Below the pieces are notes generated by a model, which did no database searches, had not been told where the DNA came from, and saw only the letters and a program-made list of their open reading frames with translations. This document shows, piece by piece, positions 1 through 12,657 of a stretch of DNA of 64,000 bases (within the stretch, counting starts at the first letter, position 1; every line of letters begins with the position of its first letter). The stretch is from Spizellomyces punctatus DAOM BR117 (Eukaryota): NCBI GenBank assembly GCA_000182565.2, contig KQ257456.1; one strand, 5' to 3'. The translations under genes and the position numbers were made by a program.

Positions 1-1328
1 TTACCAAAACTTGTAATGTCTATCCCGTAATCGAATTGAGCGCCCCATTCAAAAGTCCCCTCGTGAGCGTGTCTACCTGTTTCAGCTGATCTTTCAACTG
101 CGCCGGACACGCCATATCAAACGGCCCGATGGTAGTGTTAATTGTTATTCCCAACCGTCTCACAGCGGTCGGTGCAACGTTTACTGCAAATTCCATGGTG
201 AGCGGTATTGCATTGGGTGAACTCGGCGAGATGCCCAGGAAAGAACTCTGGCAAGAAGTTGCAAGAAGTTGGAGAAAGGGATCCTTCTGACCAATGATTT
301 GGGAAAAGGTGGCGTTATAGCGGAGATCTAATGGCTACAATGAAAGATTTGGAAATGTCAGTTTCCTTTTCTATATCGTTTCCGGCTACAACCATCATTC
401 GTTCTCCATACCACATGTTCCGTCGTGTTTGCGTTTTTCGGGAAATTTACATTGACCATATTGATCTGCAATTTAAAGTTCTTTGCATCGATAAACTGGC
501 CGTTCTCGCCTTTGACCCGCCCCTGTTTACAGAAAGCAACTATTAGAGACAATATAGCACCGGACCATCTGAACTTGATCACTTACCACAACATCCAATC
601 GATCCATCGCAATATCAAATCGATTCTTATTATTCAACCAAACATCAACGCCCATGCCGTAGGAGAAGGCGAAATTCCCTGCCAAGCTCGTCAAAGTGAT
701 TCCAGACTTGACCAACGGTATATCTGGGCCTGGTTTCCATTCGGAACCTGGGGCAAGGTGAACAAATTGCGCGGTTGAGGTCGGTTCGTAAGGTCCTACA
801 TATCCGTATTCCGGTATTGTTGGCCAAAAGTACCATACCAATACACCCAGGATGATGAGGATGACAAGAAAAATGAGGCAGAAAGTCAGGCAGCAGGATT
901 TGCGGGTCGGGAAACAGCAGCAGACACGTCGTTTGCGCTTGTCAGCTGAGCTGTATGCTTCCACGTCGTACGGTTGGGGTGCACTCCTTTCGGCATTCTG
1001 GTTGTACCAAGGATCGGCTAACGTTTCTGACGAGTTGGCCTATTGTTAGACAAAGTAAAGGTGTCAGTGTCAATGGTAAGGAAGGCAAGATCTAGCAGCA
1101 CATGACAGTGAATGCGGCTCATTCACGTTTACTCACTGGCTGGAGAGAATCTCGATACACATGTTCAGGCATACTGGAGTGCTGCTGCTGTTGCGGGTAT
1201 GTGTGCTGAGGTGCACCAGAGTATTGCATGTGTGAAGGTTCTGCCATGGGTTGACCGTATCCGTACTGCATGTGTGAATGTTCAGGCATGGGTTGATCGT
1301 ATCCGTTATGGTAGGGCGTAGCGGACAT
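1..1328 (-). CDS. Single-pass membrane protein, LEA_2-like (multi-exon, probably runs off the window start)
   Basis: ATG at 1328 (MSATPYHNG). Cys-rich basic stretch RRVCCCFPTRKSCC precedes a hydrophobic helix (LTFCLIFLVILIILGVLVWYFWP), followed by a VWLNNKNRFDIAMDRLDV segment resembling LEA_2 domains. GT-AG introns link the ORFs. Confidence 0.6.
1222..1307 (-). repeat. Two-copy 42-nt coding tandem repeat (GYDQPMPEHSHMQY / GYGQPMAEPSHMQY)
   Basis: tgcatgtgtgaa recurs at 1225 and 1267; the repeat is in frame. Confidence 0.8.
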
Positions 1329-1575
1329 GGTAAGATCTAATCTGGTGCTCAAGAAAGCTTAGAAATTGTGGAATTTATGGCAAGAGGTGAAATGTCAACG
1401 CCTGGTTCCTAAAAAGAAAATGATCTGTCTGTCCTTTCTACTTGTTATCATCTTTTCAGGGGATACAGCGGCTGTGGGTCGAGGGGCGTTTATTACGTAA
1501 GGCAAGCGGTCATTGAGGCTTGTCACAAATCACATGATCTGTATATATTCCATTACCAACTACCAAATCCGAGCT

Positions 1576-4500
1576 TTAAAAACCATTAAAGCCATTTACC
1601 CCGCTGTAGGCTCCTGGCGGTACAATAGGTCCGCCTGGTGCACCACCGTAGCCAGGTGCTCCACCATAACCGGCTCCGACTGGGGCTCCGCCATATGTGA
1701 TCATCAATGGATTTCCAAGGGCTGGCATAATGGTCGTTTCTATGTTGTAAAACAAGTCAGAGAAGACGATCACAGCCGTAGTTAAATGAAGAACACAAAC
1801 CTTGTTTCTCCTTTTCTTCTTCCTTGGCTGTCCTTTCAGTATTGGCCTTCTCCAACTTGTCTACTTTTCCCATGTACTCGCGTACAGTCTGGATGAAGTA
1901 TGGCATGGCAAAGTCATTCAATCGGTTCCTCCACGCAAGTTCCATTATCACGTCCGGCCTCAACAAATCGTAGCAAGTAAATAGACACGCAGCAAAGCAG
2001 TCCTTCTTCCCGTTGTCGATAAAGAATTGCAGCAGCTCTTCGGCGGTCTCTGTATCCCGTGATATTGCGGCTGTCTCCATGGCGTCCTTATATAATTTAT
2101 CTTGCTTTGACAATGTGATGGACTGCTTCCAGCGCTTGTTTTTCTAATCGGGTGAAAGAAATTAGGGATATAAACGCACATTGATAGCCGTACCGGGTAT
2201 CATACCTTGTACAAGTGTGCCGCAATACGACGGAACTCCAAGAGTTCGTGCTTCTCCAAACGTTGCGCGAGAGCGATGTTGTCAAAGTTGTCAAAGTTGT
2301 CAATGGAGTCGCGTAGTGATTTGTAATCTTCCTCTTCGATTAACAAATCATTGTATGCAGTGTTGACGGCTTGATTGTTTGCCTGCAACTAGGGCATTAG
2401 TCCACTGTTGTTAGCCATCCTGCTGTTCCAGTAACTGACCTGTTGCACAGAGATAAGGTATGGCTTGATCAAGGGCAGGTTGTTCGATTTTTGGAATGTC
2501 TGCACCACTCGAGTATGATCAATACGTGGGGTTAATACGGTCAGCAAATCATTGAGGAGCAGTGGTTGCTCGTCCAAGTAAAAGCGGAGAGCCTAAGCAT
2601 CGAGGCACTATCAGTATTGGCGTATACAGCTGGGATCCAACAAAGAGAGGTAGTACCTTATAGTAGATCTCCAAATTAGACACCTTTACAATCACATCCT
2701 TGAAGCTTGCGTGTTCCCAAGCATCCGCTGAGTGGCTCATGATGGTCAACGCAGCATTGTCATATTCATCGTAATGGGTGTATAAGAACACCAATTCTGG
2801 CCACATGTGCGCCGTCTCAGTTGCTCGTATGACTTTGGGTATATTAATTCGCTGCCAGAAAAGCTTCAAGTGCTCCATCAAGCGGTCAGGCTTGTACTTG
2901 GAGTAAAGAATGGACAGCTCCGTGAACATTCCCATGTGGGCCCTTTCAAGACCGAGTCCAGCTTCGAGTAGTTGCATGAGCTCTTCGAAATTGCCGCGAC
3001 GCTCGTACAGGTTGATTAAATCCTAAGCTCAAATATAAGACACCGCATCGCTGTCACCTAGAAGAACTTTCAAATGGTACAAACATACCTGAAGCTCTTC
3101 GGCGTGAACGATCAAGTGCAGAGCACAGATCTGCGCTAATCTGAACTCCCCGTTCTCGACACATGCAGCATTCACTTCCTTCCAAACCCTAAAAGCCACT
3201 TAGTCTCATACCTTGTCGCGTTCAACATGCACAAATGTGCGGGCTTACTTGGTAGAGTTGGCCTTTCTGGCGCAGTCGACCGCAGCCTGATACTCATTCA
3301 AGTAGACCAAAGTAGAAGCCAATCGTGCCCAATTGGATACATTGTTGAACAGAATTTTGGCAGCCTCGTACATCTTCTCCTCAAAACAACGTTCGCCAAC
3401 AACAGCAATCTGCGGAGTTCATTAATATTTTGACCTTACGTATGTTTACCTGCACATGTGCATACCTGGGCAAGGTTCGGGCTTGCGATGAACTCCTCAA
3501 GATCCGCAAGCCGACCCGTTTTTGCAAATGCGAAAATAAGCTCACTTTCTACCACGGGCTCGCGAACCTTTTTACGCGCCATTTGTAGATAGCGAACCAA
3601 ATCTTCAAATTTGTTGGCACGACTGGCAATCTGAATCACCTCCACAGAATTTGTGGCATCTTCAGACTTGATGTACGAATCTGACGTAAAGTAATGACTC
3701 AGCATTCAGGCCCAGAGCCTATCAATGGTCGGATGTGGTCGTACCTATGGCCTCCTTCACACGCATGTGGTCGAGCTGAGCCTTAGCCAACTTGCTCCAC
3801 ACCTCCGGCAAATCCACCCTTTCGGCAAACTCATTTGCGCGATCAAGATCGCCGATGTTGTCTAAAAGCACAGCAATACCATTCGCATGCTGCTCGTATT
3901 TCTTGTAGATGGCGAATGCTTCCTCATACAGTTCGGCACCAACCGCAATGTTCGCAATATCAGGTGCATCATAGTTGTCTAGTCGAGTAATGTACTCCAT
4001 CACGCGAGTTTTGTCCGCCTAACGTAATTAAGGTTAGTATTGGACGACAGGCTAGAACATATGATCAGTACCAACTTTAATTGCCGTAAGAATCAACAAG
4101 TTCTGCAAGTTGCGGTTGTCGCTAAAAGCAGATCCTTCAACAACCAGCTTCTCAAGCAGCTCAATTAACTCATTAGGTAAGTCCGCTGCCATGAAGGCTT
4201 TGACGGTGACAGACACATCCTCAGGGTCTTGAGTCTCAGGTAAAGCCGTGGCGACAACCTGGTCAACAAGCTGTCGTCGATATGCATTGGTTGGTTGTAA
4301 CGCAAAGTTCCAGAGCTCGGGATCTCGACGTTTCACCAGATAGCGAGACTGGTGTTTGAACATCGAGTTCTCATTAGTGATTTGAATAAGCTCCTGATCG
4401 CATTGTCCTCGCTCATAGGCGATAAAGGCGAGATAAGGATCCCGCTTCTCGCAGTACCTTCCGACTACCCGCGCATCGTAGAGCTGCAAAGAGAAGGGCT

Positions 4501-7500
4501 CCCGTGAGTACGGCTTCTCAGCTATAGGAGCGAGATACGTACCGTATTCTCCTTTAGGAAATGCTCCGCATTGTTGTTGGTATCAATATAAATCTTGGCA
4601 ATGGCATTGTAAAGGTGCACATCTGTGTTCCCTTCTCTGATTCTGTTTTCCAAGAAAGGCAGCAACAGCTTCAATCTGTTCCTCTTCTCAGCTTCGTCCA
4701 CGAGTTGATCCATGGGAATTGCACCGCGGATGGACATTAGCAAACTTTTGATGATATTTTCGTCGCAGTCAACATCAAGCAGAGCACCGATGACTTCAGG
4801 GGCACGGGTAGTGTTCACTTTCTGGACGTAAATCTCGATGAATTTATAGAGATTGTTTTGGTACAAGAACATTACGAGGTCGTGCACGTAGCCAAATCGA
4901 TCGCAGACGATGATGAGGGGAAGTTGGTCAGGCAATTTGGCTTCCTGGAATTTCAAGTGCCATTTGTCAGTGACCTCACTTTGAGTTATGGCAGCCATCG
5001 TTCTCGTACCTTTAGGAAGTTTTTCACCCGCTCCGGGTCGTAGCAGTTACTTTCCCGACAGATCCGCTCCACTTCCTTGAGCTGCCCAGTCCGGCACGCG
5101 GCCTGAATGTACTTGAAGTGAACTTCGCCGTCTTGACTGAAATTCACTACTGATCCCAAGTAGTAGTACAGTCCTAAAGAAAAATTGACACGCAATCAGA
5201 AAATGGAATATGGGATGGTTGAGATGGCTTCTGGTGTCATACCTTCGAAGCTCTTGTACGACTCAAACATATCGATGAGGTTCTTCGGTCCAAGTTGCTC
5301 CGAATACTTGGTCGCAATCTGAACGACAATCTGCAGGTTTTGACGGATGTTGTTTGACAACATCTCTTTCAGGCATTCAATCGATTGTTCCACTGAGAGA
5401 CGACCGAAGAAGTTCACGACCCACTTCAACGACAGTAAGGTGCTGTTGAGCCATATAGAAACAATTGGCGGACAGTTTTACTTTTCGTACCTCTGGGTTC
5501 AATAGATGAGTATGCACAATCGTACGTTTGATATCGTAAATATCGGTGTAGTGCTCGAGCGCCTAATAGAGTGCATTAGCGTACCATGCCCCCATCACTG
5601 CTGCTTGTTGTCTCCCAACCTACCCGTTGGAACAGTCCCGCCTTTTCACAAAGAGACGCAATATATGCACGGTCGTAGTGTGTGAACATCTCATTACCAA
5701 GAATGGCATCAGCAACTTGAGGAGCATGCAGCAAATTCATTTCCAGCAATTTTGTCTGAAGAGGGCCATGCTCAGGTCTGTTCTCCTTCAAGGCATCCAA
5801 CAGGAACGAGGTGGCCTGTTGGACCATATTCAACGATGAGAAGACATCGACAATCGATTCTAGAGGCACCAAAGGACCATTCTCATCGTTGACAAGAAGA
5901 GAGGCGAATTCGCTCCCTTTATCGGGATCAATTCGCATGATGTACTGTAGTAGATAAGCATAGTCCGGCTGATATCCAACTTTCTTGGCATAGAGGATGA
6001 TCTTGTTATACTGAGCGGTCTCTGCAAAACAGGCCACGACCTAGTGTTTCGAAGAATTGTAAGCACTCTTGAGCATGACAATACCGATGCACAATGCCAC
6101 ATACCTTGTTCGGCACATTTGCGCGTAGGTACACCGAGAGCGCCAGAGTTTGATCGAATTGTTTGACAATGTCCCCAAGTTCTTCGCTGCACTCCAGCTT
6201 GTCCTCTTTCAACCATTTCTCTAGCAGCTGCTTTCTACCCTGTTGCAAGACTGGTCGCGCTAACTCGATGGATTCATACTTGTTCAATTCACCCTTCTCC
6301 AAAAGCACGCCAAAGTACTGCAAAATGGGTGTGACTTGTCCCTGTCCAACAGGAACCTGCTTGAAGCGTTCGATTGTCGCAGGTGTCCGCAGCATACCCT
6401 AACAGGCACAAAAAAAAGCTTGTCTCACTGAGTCCTAGTCGACAATTAGTATCAGCGCTTACCCTGGGCGATGTAGCAGCTAGCTTCGTAGCTTCGGCAT
6501 AATTGCCGCTCTGCATGTAGAAATTAAAACGCTCCAACACCAGGTTGTCGGCACCCGGAAGGTTGTTCCGTGTCGCCAATCGCAATGCCAACTCGGGGTT
6601 GTTCAACGTGCTCAAAATGTAAGGAATCAGGTTGTTCTCATCCACACTGACAGAAAGCACCTAGCGTTGCGGACGACACATGCGTCAGTTTGCATCCTCT
6701 CCCAGTGTCACAATGCGACGTTATATGGATATCTAACCTGGCCCTTCCGGTTGACACCAATGATGCCTCCAGTGGCTTCCAACTCTGCCGTCACAAAAAT
6801 AGTATCACCACTGATCCGATTCATGAAAATACAGGTTCCGGTTTCCAAATCATATAGGTGGATGAAACCATATTTTGTCACCAGGAAAATGATGTCGTAC
6901 TTCTTGCTGACTTGCATGGCCACGGGAAAGTCGTTGACAGCATCTGGCGGAAAGAAAACATCCACTGCTCGCTTTTGGAAGACAGGTGTCCCTTCTTTGT
7001 GGTCGACTTCTACAATGTGTAGCTTTGACCGATTGGACGCATAAGCTATTCAATCCAATGTCACGTACGTGAACAGAACATACCTTAGCGCCATTTGCGC
7101 TTCGGACTGCAAATGTGAAAAGTTTTGCAGCAGGCTGTGTCACGTCCAATTTCAATTCCGCAAAGGCACCGGCATGGCCTTCGAGAGGTTGACTGACACC
7201 GCGTTCTTTGGAGTAGAGTTGCATGTTGCCCACAACCCGTCCTTGCTACACCAAGGGTGATACTGGAATTTAGAGTTCTGTGATTATTGCGATTTGTTCT
7301 GCATGCAACCAACCTGAGCTGAAATTCCAATCAACAAAAGCCATTTTTCGTCCGCGCCAACTCGATAGTTTATGATTTGGGAGCCAGCAAGATTTGTATT
7401 ACGGTCAAACATCTTCTGAGGCTGAGAATCACCCTCCATCGTCCAATGAAAAACAGTGGTTTCCGTCACGATTCCCAATGTTGTTGTCGAAATCCACTTC

Positions 7501-8009
7501 CAAAAGACAACATCTTCATTCATGGTATGCGCTTTTACCTTCGCCTTCAACTCAAGGTTGAAAATTTGGAGCTGCCGTTGAGCTGAAGCGAACGTCGTAA
7601 ATTATCATGCATGGATTCATATTGTGCAGGACGGCAAGATTCATCCACATACATTTTAGTGCAATAATCTTCGTAGCAGGATTCATTATGGCGGAATCGG
7701 CAGTGATAGGCCTTCGCAAGATTTGCGTAGGATCGTTCATGTCAATTATCACGACTTGGTTCTGCTCCCCAACCTTTTCTCTGACGCAGATGAATTTATC
7801 CGATTCCATGGTCAACGTGTTGAAGCCGATATTGGCGGCGTTGATGCCAAGATTTTGGAGCTGCACACATCGGCATTGGGATAAGTTGACAGCCATCAAT
7901 ATATACAATCTAATAGTATGCCAAAGGGTTTGCTATCACCGTTGTTGACAACCCGCAAACTAACCTGAACATGCTCCTGAAACTTGATTGGTAGCATTTG
8001 CCCAGACAT
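1576..8009 (-). CDS. CHC1: Clathrin heavy chain (many exons)
   Basis: Starts [15 protein letters not shown]. Hallmark segments: [84 protein letters not shown]. Ends in a GYGGAP-rich tail with stop at 1576. Confidence 0.97.
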
Positions 8010-8483
8010 CGTGCTCTAGTCTAGGTGAGACCAAATGGTAATATTAATAACAGCAGTACGTAGTATTATTAGCCCAGAGTTCTCCAAACAGCTCCTCTAT
8101 TGGCTTCCAAAGCAGGGCTGCCACACTTACTGTAGCGCCGTACGCGAAAAAGGTCACTGGCGCACGCGCCTTGATTTAGGATGAGATGTAAGCGTGCAAC
8201 AACGTGCGTGCAACAACAAAACGTTGCGTGGTGACGGAAAATATACGGGTCCCGTCGCAGATGTTGAGTCCGATGTATGAGCGTGAGAAGCCGCGATAGG
8301 CTCTGGGCAAAGGTTGCCGTGAAGGGCGTTGAATACGTTCCCGATAGCCTGGCAGTGCCTCACCCGCAAGTGCGCTCCCTTGATGAGGCCTCGAGTGGCT
8401 CAACTGCCACCAGCCACATTCGATGAGTCATCTGGTTTGCTAACCCACTCCGCTCCAAAGCGCTTTGAGCACCCATTAACGAC

Positions 8484-11021
8484 ATGCTGACTTCTTCAAA
8501 CCAACAAGAGTTTCCTCGGCAGCAACCCAAATGCGTGCCCTTACCTCCTGGTACTCGATTAAAAGTGGAACAAGCTCAGGTGTAGTGCGTATCGGTCGCG
8601 AGTGTTGGTTCTGAGAATGACTTTCGACGGATACTTCTTCCTGACCAATGGCGCCGAACCTGCGCCTGTCTTTACAGTAATCTTCGAGGTTTGGGTCATC
8701 TTTATGCAGAAGGTGGAGGGAATAGGGTCTCAGATGCATCAAGCGCAATTGCAGACTTTACCCGAGCCATTTTTCTGAATCCAGACGAGCCTAGCTATTA
8801 TTGGCATCGAGCGGAAGCATATTTGGCAATCGTTGACTTTGAATCCGCAATTGCAAATCTGAAGCAGCATGCACTGATTGTAAATGAGCTACGGGCAGAT
8901 GCATTGCGGGTGGGCGGATGGGTACCTCCAAGCGCTGAAAGGAAGCCGGAGCAGTCAACAGTGGGAGGGTCGATCTACGTGTCGAAGAAGCGATTAGGTC
9001 TGGTAGCATATACATGGGGCCAATGTCTATTAGACCAACGTCGTTTTAAGGAGGCTATGAGAATGTTTCAGCTCGCTGGTTCATTAGAGTTCCAAATTTC
9101 AAGCGTGCTACTACGGTGGTAATCTTACTATTGGTTGCCTACCTCGCAGAGAACTACCTAATAGCTTGCTTTAGCGTCTTTGTTCACATTGGCCTAGGAG
9201 AATTTGACGACGCCCTCGAGACTCTTTATAAACTCACCAAACTGGATGCCTCAAACATTGAACTCTACATTCTGAGAGCAAAGATTTACAAACATCTGGG
9301 AAACGTAGGGTCAATTGCTGTGGATATCCAGCCTTAAAATCGACGATGGGGTTAATAACTTTAATATGATATATAGGTGGACTTTGCCAACATTGATTTA
9401 CAAGCGGCCGACGAGATTGACCGAGATCACCCTGAACTGCCCGAGCTCCGTGAATACGCCATGACTACCGCGGTAGGCCTGAAAAATAAGGCTTCCGAGC
9501 GCATTCTGGCGGGAGAGCCTACGGTTGCAATTCATTACCTTAATACTGTGATCGAACTCGACAAAGCCGATTGGTCATCCTACTTCAAACGGTCAGTATA
9601 TCCGTGCAGGTATGCAATGCGGAACGAAAGCTGAAAGCGTGCTAGAGGTATACTTCTAGCAGAAATTGGGCAGTATGATGGCGCCATTCAAGATTTACAG
9701 AAGGTTTTGGAGATATCCGATCGTGATACAACCCGGGATCCGGAAGTGAAGGAGCGAATTGCCAGCGTATACAATAAAGCCGGTATTCAAGCATATCAGT
9801 ATGTATATCTTGTCTCCAACACACGTATTTGTTCTCTGTTTGACGGCAAATCTCTATAGGGAGGGAGATCTTGTTCGTGCGCTTTCGGAGTTCAGCATAG
9901 GATTGGATCACCACAATTCAGACCCAGTACTCTGGAAAAACAGGGCTGGTAAGACACTTGTAGTCAAGTCTCAGTTTTATAATTGGAAAACTGATGGTGT
10001 CAAAGATTGCTACTTGGCAACTGGTAACATCTCAAAAAGTTTGGAAGACCTGATGAAGGCAGTGGAGATTGACCCGCAGGACGTGGCATGCCGTCAGCGA
10101 TGTGGCCTTTTATGGTCCGCCGTTGCTGATAAGATTTTTTCTACCGGGGATTGGGCTCAATCTGCACGGATGTGGACTGCGGTAAAGCCTTATGTCTCCT
10201 CTTGTCACTACTTTTACGTTTCCATTTATGATGTCATCTCAATAGGCCATTCAATATGATCCTGCATGCGCCGAACTTTTCTTCAAGCGGGCACGAGCAT
10301 ACCATCTTTCGCAGAAAATAGATGAGGCTCGAGAAGACCTCGAAGAAGCGTTACGCTTGGATCCGTCCAGTATCGAAATATCTGCATTGCTCTCCCAACT
10401 TACGGTCGGCCCACCCCTTGATAATCTAGGTCCGTTCCCTCCACAGCGAACACGTCGTGCACAAGTGCCTTACGCCAACCAGCCAGCGAAGGAGCCTGGA
10501 CTGATCGGTAGGGCCGCCTCAAAATCGCTCATGCAACTGCACAATCCTCACGTAACGCCCTTACAGGAAAATCCATCATGGCACCTGTCCAGCAACCTCC
10601 ACCTACTGCTGCTCCTAATATGCTACCGCATATTCGTATTCCTGATCTATTGGTGTCAATATCCAGCTTGGTAACCAACTCAACTGGAAATCTCTCATTT
10701 GGAGAGGGATCAACTGGCAAAAAGAAGCTAGATGCAAAGAAGGTCGTGGCAGAGAGTCAATCGCATATCCTCTCCCTTCCACCTGTCTCCCTTCCGAAGC
10801 TTTCTGTGGAAGAAGGCGGTCCAACTGGCAGTACAGATCGTAAAGCCTTTGCCCCTTCGCGGGATCTTACCCATGGAGCCAAAGCATCACCATTCCCCTT
10901 GTCGAACAAGGACGTGCAATCGGCTGGAACGATCGACAAAGTGGACAAGACCACTAATAAAAGTATAACCTCGCAGAAGCCGAGTCTTCATCACATATCT
11001 CTGCAACTTGATCTCCAATAA
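8484..11021 (+). CDS. TTC16: Tetratricopeptide-repeat protein, TTC16-like (start uncertain)
   Basis: Successive TPR exons. AIADFTRAIFLNP..YYWHRAEAYLAIVDFESAIANL and RLGLVAYTWGQCLLDQ resemble, from memory, the N-terminal TPRs of metazoan TTC16. Low-complexity C-terminus. Confidence 0.7.
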
Positions 11022-11113
11022 TGATGTGTCCAGTATTGGCTCGTAGTAGGATGTAACCACAGGTTTATTCTATACATAAATGTGCTTTCTATATACACAA
11101 GTTGAAATATGTT

Positions 11114-11568
11114 TTAGCTCTCACTACGGAAAGAGACACGTCTTCTGGTCCGCGAGACGTCCGGTTTGTCTACGCAATCAACAGAAGACGCTGCCAATTC
11201 AGCAATCAGTTGCTGCCGGGGTTTCCCATCGGAATGGCTAGTTGTAGAATCCGGGCCATTCAAGTTTTCATCGTGGCCGCCGACGTCTCTTCTTATCGTA
11301 CGGCTTCGTCTCCGTGATGTGCGTGCCGGCTGCCCTTCAGGCTTTTGGGTAAATCCTGCCGACCCTACTATTTCCCGGAAAAACGGTATTTGGTGCAGTA
11401 TGAGCTTCCAAGCAACAAACCAGACTTTAAAAAAAAGTGAGTTACAGGATACAACCCGAACTTCCAATCAATGTAATTACTCTTACCGAAACTTATGGTG
11501 GCACATAGAAGGGAAATAGAGCCCAAGAGCGTTATCGCCGTCCGCCCGGTTTCGAGTAGTGCGTCCAT
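11114..11568 (-). CDS. Small integral membrane protein, SMIM13/DUF4750-like (2 exons)
   Basis: MDALLETGRTAITLLGSISLLCATISF spliced to VWFVAWKLILHQIPFFREIVG, which resembles SMIM13 WYFVWHLFLSKFKFLRELVG. Basic, disordered tail. Confidence 0.6.
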
Positions 11569-11802
11569 GTTTCACTCTCACCCGGACAGCTGAAGTACTT
11601 CGACCAACCCTTATTACACTATCATGGAAACGATGCGCACACGTTCCTTAAGGCAGGCTGTTGATGATTCAACCAGCGGAGGTGCTTTGAAAGCCACGAC
11701 GAACACGACGGGTCATATGACCTAGACACGTGACTTCTCACTTTTTTTGGCTGCTTACAGGTTCCTTGTTTCTTGACCTCCCATCAACCTTCGACAATTA
11801 CA

Positions 11803-12252
11803 ATGGCGACCACAGTGAACCCCAAAGCCTTTCCTCTTGGTGAGTCCGAAGTATGCACCTTAACTAAAGTATACGAAGAGAAACTTATCGTTATTGTTCC
11901 TCTAGCCGATGCGCAACTCACAAACAAGATTCTCGATCTTGTCCAGCAAGCATCCCACTACAAGCAGCTGAAAAAGGGTGCCAACGAAGCCACAAAAACA
12001 CTCAACCGTGGTATCTCCGAGTTCATTGTCATGACGGCTGACACTGAACCCCTCGAAATTCTTCTCCACCTCCCCTTGCTCTGTGAAGATAAGAACGTCC
12101 CATACGTCTTCGTTCCATCCAAAACCGCTCTTGGCCGTGCATGTGGTGTTTCTCGACCAGTCGTTTCCTGCTCGGTCACTACAAACGAGGGATCTGAGCT
12201 TAAACCTCAGATCCAGGCGATTAAGAACGAAATTGAGCGTCTCTTGATCTAA
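11803..12252 (+). CDS. SNU13: Snu13/15.5K, L7Ae-family kink-turn-binding protein of U4/U6 and box C/D snoRNPs; intron 11840-11905
   Basis: [44 protein letters not shown]...[29 protein letters not shown]...IERLLI. Confidence 0.98.
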   Translation: MATTVNPKAFPLGESEVCTLTKVYEEKLIVIVPLADAQLTNKILDLVQQASHYKQLKKGANEATKTLNRGISEFIVMTADTEPLEILLHLPLLCEDKNVPYVFVPSKTALGRACGVSRPVVSCSVTTNEGSELKPQIQAIKNEIERLLI

Positions 12253-12312
12253 TGTCTCGTTGCGTATTTAACGTCCTATTGCATAGTTACATAGACACAT
12301 CATATTGCCCTT

Positions 12313-12440
12313 TGCCATGATGGTGTCATCCGGGAAATGCTCGTGGTTGCCGGGCAGCTTTTAGTCTTGGATAGCATCCTGAGCGTTAATGTACGTAGTT
12401 TCTAGCAATCATCTTCTCTCATGATCCTTAGGTGAAGAGG
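12313..12440 (+). promoter_or_regulatory. Two predicted box C/D-type kink-turns in the SNU13 3' UTR
   Basis: Both motifs have a C-stem, a 3-nt CAU bulge, tandem G.A/A.G pairs, a U.U pair and an NC stem (12313-12385 and 12415-12440). AATAAA follows at 12451. Confidence 0.6.
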
Positions 12441-12657
12441 TTGTATTTACAATAAAGGAAAGACTGAAGCGAAATGTTTCCAATAATTGCTTTGCTGATT
12501 TACGACGTTGTTGTTGATGGCGATCGTGCTTTGATAATCAGCTCTTCATAAACGAGCTCACGTGGACAAGCCAGTTTCGTAAGTTGCCAGAACGGCGCGA
12601 CCTTGTTGCTTTGGCCTTGCACCACGCACGCAACCGTTTGCCGGCTGAGAAGAGGAT

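Noticed and set aside
12317-12382. Independent box C/D snoRNA (ATGATGG...CTGA)
   Set aside because: Box C is imperfect and the interior is almost fully self-paired, leaving no free guide. Not fully excluded.
12317-12383. Type II SECIS-like element (AUGA, stem, AAA, mini-hairpin, UGA)
   Set aside because: SNU13 has no in-frame UGA and ends in TAA, and the AUGA-to-AA spacing is longer than usual. The shared K-turn core is better explained as a Snu13 site.
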